Shown here: positions 61,997 to 64,000 of the stretch, in pieces
How the letters are laid out: every line of letters begins with the position of its first letter
Numbering within the stretch: position 1 is the stretch's first letter
Assembly (NCBI GenBank): GCA_964658305.1
Contig: OZ210885.1
Coordinates: forward strand, 11,718,001-11,782,000
Reading direction: 5' to 3'
Origin: Leptogorgia sarmentosa
Lineage: Eukaryota
Length of the DNA stretch: 64,000 nucleotides
The notes under the pieces: generated by a model
Databases searched by the model: none
What the model was told of the DNA's origin: nothing
What the model saw: only the letters and a program-made list of their open reading frames with translations
Program-made: the position numbers and the translations under genes

Positions 61997-62236
61997 TTAT
62001 ACTCGATATGGACCTCTTCCAAACACAGCACGTTCCTCGTTTCGCTGTTTTGTCTGTATGATTTTCTTTATCTTCTCCACAAACTCGTGGTGCTTGCTTG
62101 CATTAAAATTGAGATCATGCTTGATCATAAAATTGGCGGATTCGGAATCATTATTCTTGTACTCCACCGGTGGATTTCCTAATCCGGCGTCGACTCGAAC
62201 AGGTTTTAACATCGAGTTTTTCATCTCATTTGCCTA
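61997..62236 (-). pseudogene. Transposase fragment (Mutator-like NxSESxN segment)
   Basis: MLKPVRVDAGLGNPPVEYKNNDSESANFMIK..AVFGRGPY, preceded by a tttttag acceptor. Superfamily uncertain. Confidence 0.5.
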
Positions 62237-64000
62237 AAAACAGGAAAATGAACAGGTTGATAAATGGGGGACACACCGGCATACACATACTCAAATGTAA
62301 ATGAATATATTTTTCTTTTCGCGATCACATTGAACAATCCAGCATTTGTTGAGTTTTCTATTGCATGCTATTAGAAAGTATTTTTGATAGTAGTATTTTT
62401 AAAATTTTAGCACAATTGGTAGCTATAAATCGTAAAGTGGCCTTAAAACCATTAAGGTTGAAGACATGCAAATTAGCGACATACTTTTGACAAATACGGT
62501 GAACTATATAGATCTTGCATCGAGTGATGACTGATGATATCTTTTTGTTGTAAACTCAAACGAGTGTTCATTTCTGATATATAGAAGTTTACCATCCATT
62601 AATTAATAATATTTAAATATGACAAGTTTCGACGTCAAATGCACACAATATTTTTGTCCTACTGTCATGTTACACGAAACACATCACACCTTCATTCCTT
62701 GTTGCTCTTCTTGAGAAATTTTCGTATCTGTCTTTTATTACTGGTTTTTAATTTGGACATTTCATCAAGATCAAACGCAGTTAGATAAAAGCATTCTTTT
62801 GGAAGCTCGTCCGTCCATGGCTTTCCTCCGCGGTTAGACAAGGAACCCACCTCTTGTTCCACAACCCCTTCCAGTAATGGATAGTGATTGTTTTCTTTTT
62901 TTTTTGTAAAACTTTACCAATTACTGGGACATCCTTATGACCTAAAAATGAGGTAGCTACGAAAGACGACTCTTTAACATGGGTGCAAAGATCGGAAACC
63001 GATTGCACTTCAGCCGGACGCATGTTGGGGCCTGTGTAGACATGTAAGGAAAAACACAATGAAAAGCGAATTGTTGTAGTTTCCTAAATCAGTAATCAGA
63101 GAGAATGTTTGCTTCGCCATTTAATCAAGAAATAAATTTATAGAGCTACGTAACCTCAGGTTATTGCTCTAGCTGAGATGACACTAAGTTCAAAACTTCG
63201 GGTGACGCACCAACAGGAACTTCAGGCATTTCACTATTTTCATTATCCAACTCTGGTACACTCACGCAAATATGACTAAATTTCAGTAACTTCAGTTCAT
63301 CTAGGAGCCATGTTTCTGGTTTCATTGGCGCGGACGTATATATGTGTCTGAAGCAGAGTCGAAGAAATCTTTCCACCATTCCTTAGCCTCCTCTTTAATC
63401 ACTGTACAATTGTCCAGAAACTTTTGCACAATGACTTTGAAAACACGGTACAGTTTATTGCTTTTTTTAATTAAAGTTCATAAATATTCTAAACTCCACC
63501 ATTTCCTTTACTTCATGGTACTTTCCTTTACGTTGTACTAGATGTTAAAAGAATGTTTTAAGCACATATAACCAATGCCATGTTACCATATCGATGCCAT
63601 GTATTTCTATTACCAATAGGACTGAGTACTAAAGACTTGCTTTGAATTTTTTCAAGGTGTACTTGGTCCTTTAATACTATGTCATAGCAATTTATTCTTA
63701 CCTTGCAAATTTATATCCTCAAACACCGTCCTTTAAACTTGCCAGCCCTCACTTCGTCCACAGCCATAAGATTTCCAATCTTTTCAAATCTTCAATCAAG
63801 ATTTTCAATCCACGTTGTGACCAACATGGCCATCCCGACCCATTCACCAAATTTCTCAAAACTTGAATAGCTTGTATATCATACTCCATATTTTCATCCG
63901 ATTAAATCACATTGTGTGATGAAAACTTATTTTTTCCCCGCAAGCCGTTTTTAATGCTAACCAAACGTTTTTGGAAATTTTGAGCGTTCGTTAGTTTAGA

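Noticed and set aside
62700..64000. Degraded minus-strand coding-like sequence (PVIGKV..IHYWKG.WNKRW)
   Set aside because: Probably a transposon remnant, but too many stops and frameshifts to assign by eye.

Overview
AT-rich animal genomic DNA with spliceosomal GT-AG introns. The repeat families resemble those of a cnidarian (coral-like) genome, which is an inference. The backbone is the 3' part of a + strand WD40-repeat gene: 9 exons that I could splice in frame, 7369-46301, about 858 aa, 5' part not found. Its introns are full of transposons. The last intron holds a nested stack. A ~380-bp PIF/Harbinger-like MITE contains two AcademH-type elements: a 1,039-bp deletion derivative (10-bp TSD) and an 8,363-bp copy (9-bp TSD) with a RecQ-like helicase gene and a convergent transposase gene. 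The large copy is itself interrupted by a foldback element with 557-bp arms. Upstream is a 5'-truncated CR1/L2 LINE. Downstream is a duplicated, decaying tRNA cluster (Asn, His, Pro, Ser, Cys, Glu, Trp, Leu) interrupted by an intron-containing, 3'-truncated piggyBac, followed by minisatellites and a P-like MITE. The most striking signal is a set of short non-coding elements, mostly unrelated in sequence, that share one architecture. Each has a terminal inverted repeat, a CCAAT box, an internal inverted repeat and a 140-190-nt terminal hairpin. The hairpin is capped by a c(GNA)g triloop, and its recurrent mismatches are GA opposite GA on one strand, so it should fold much better on that strand. 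This suggests mobilisation through a folded single-stranded substrate (Crypton-like/attC-like hypothesis).
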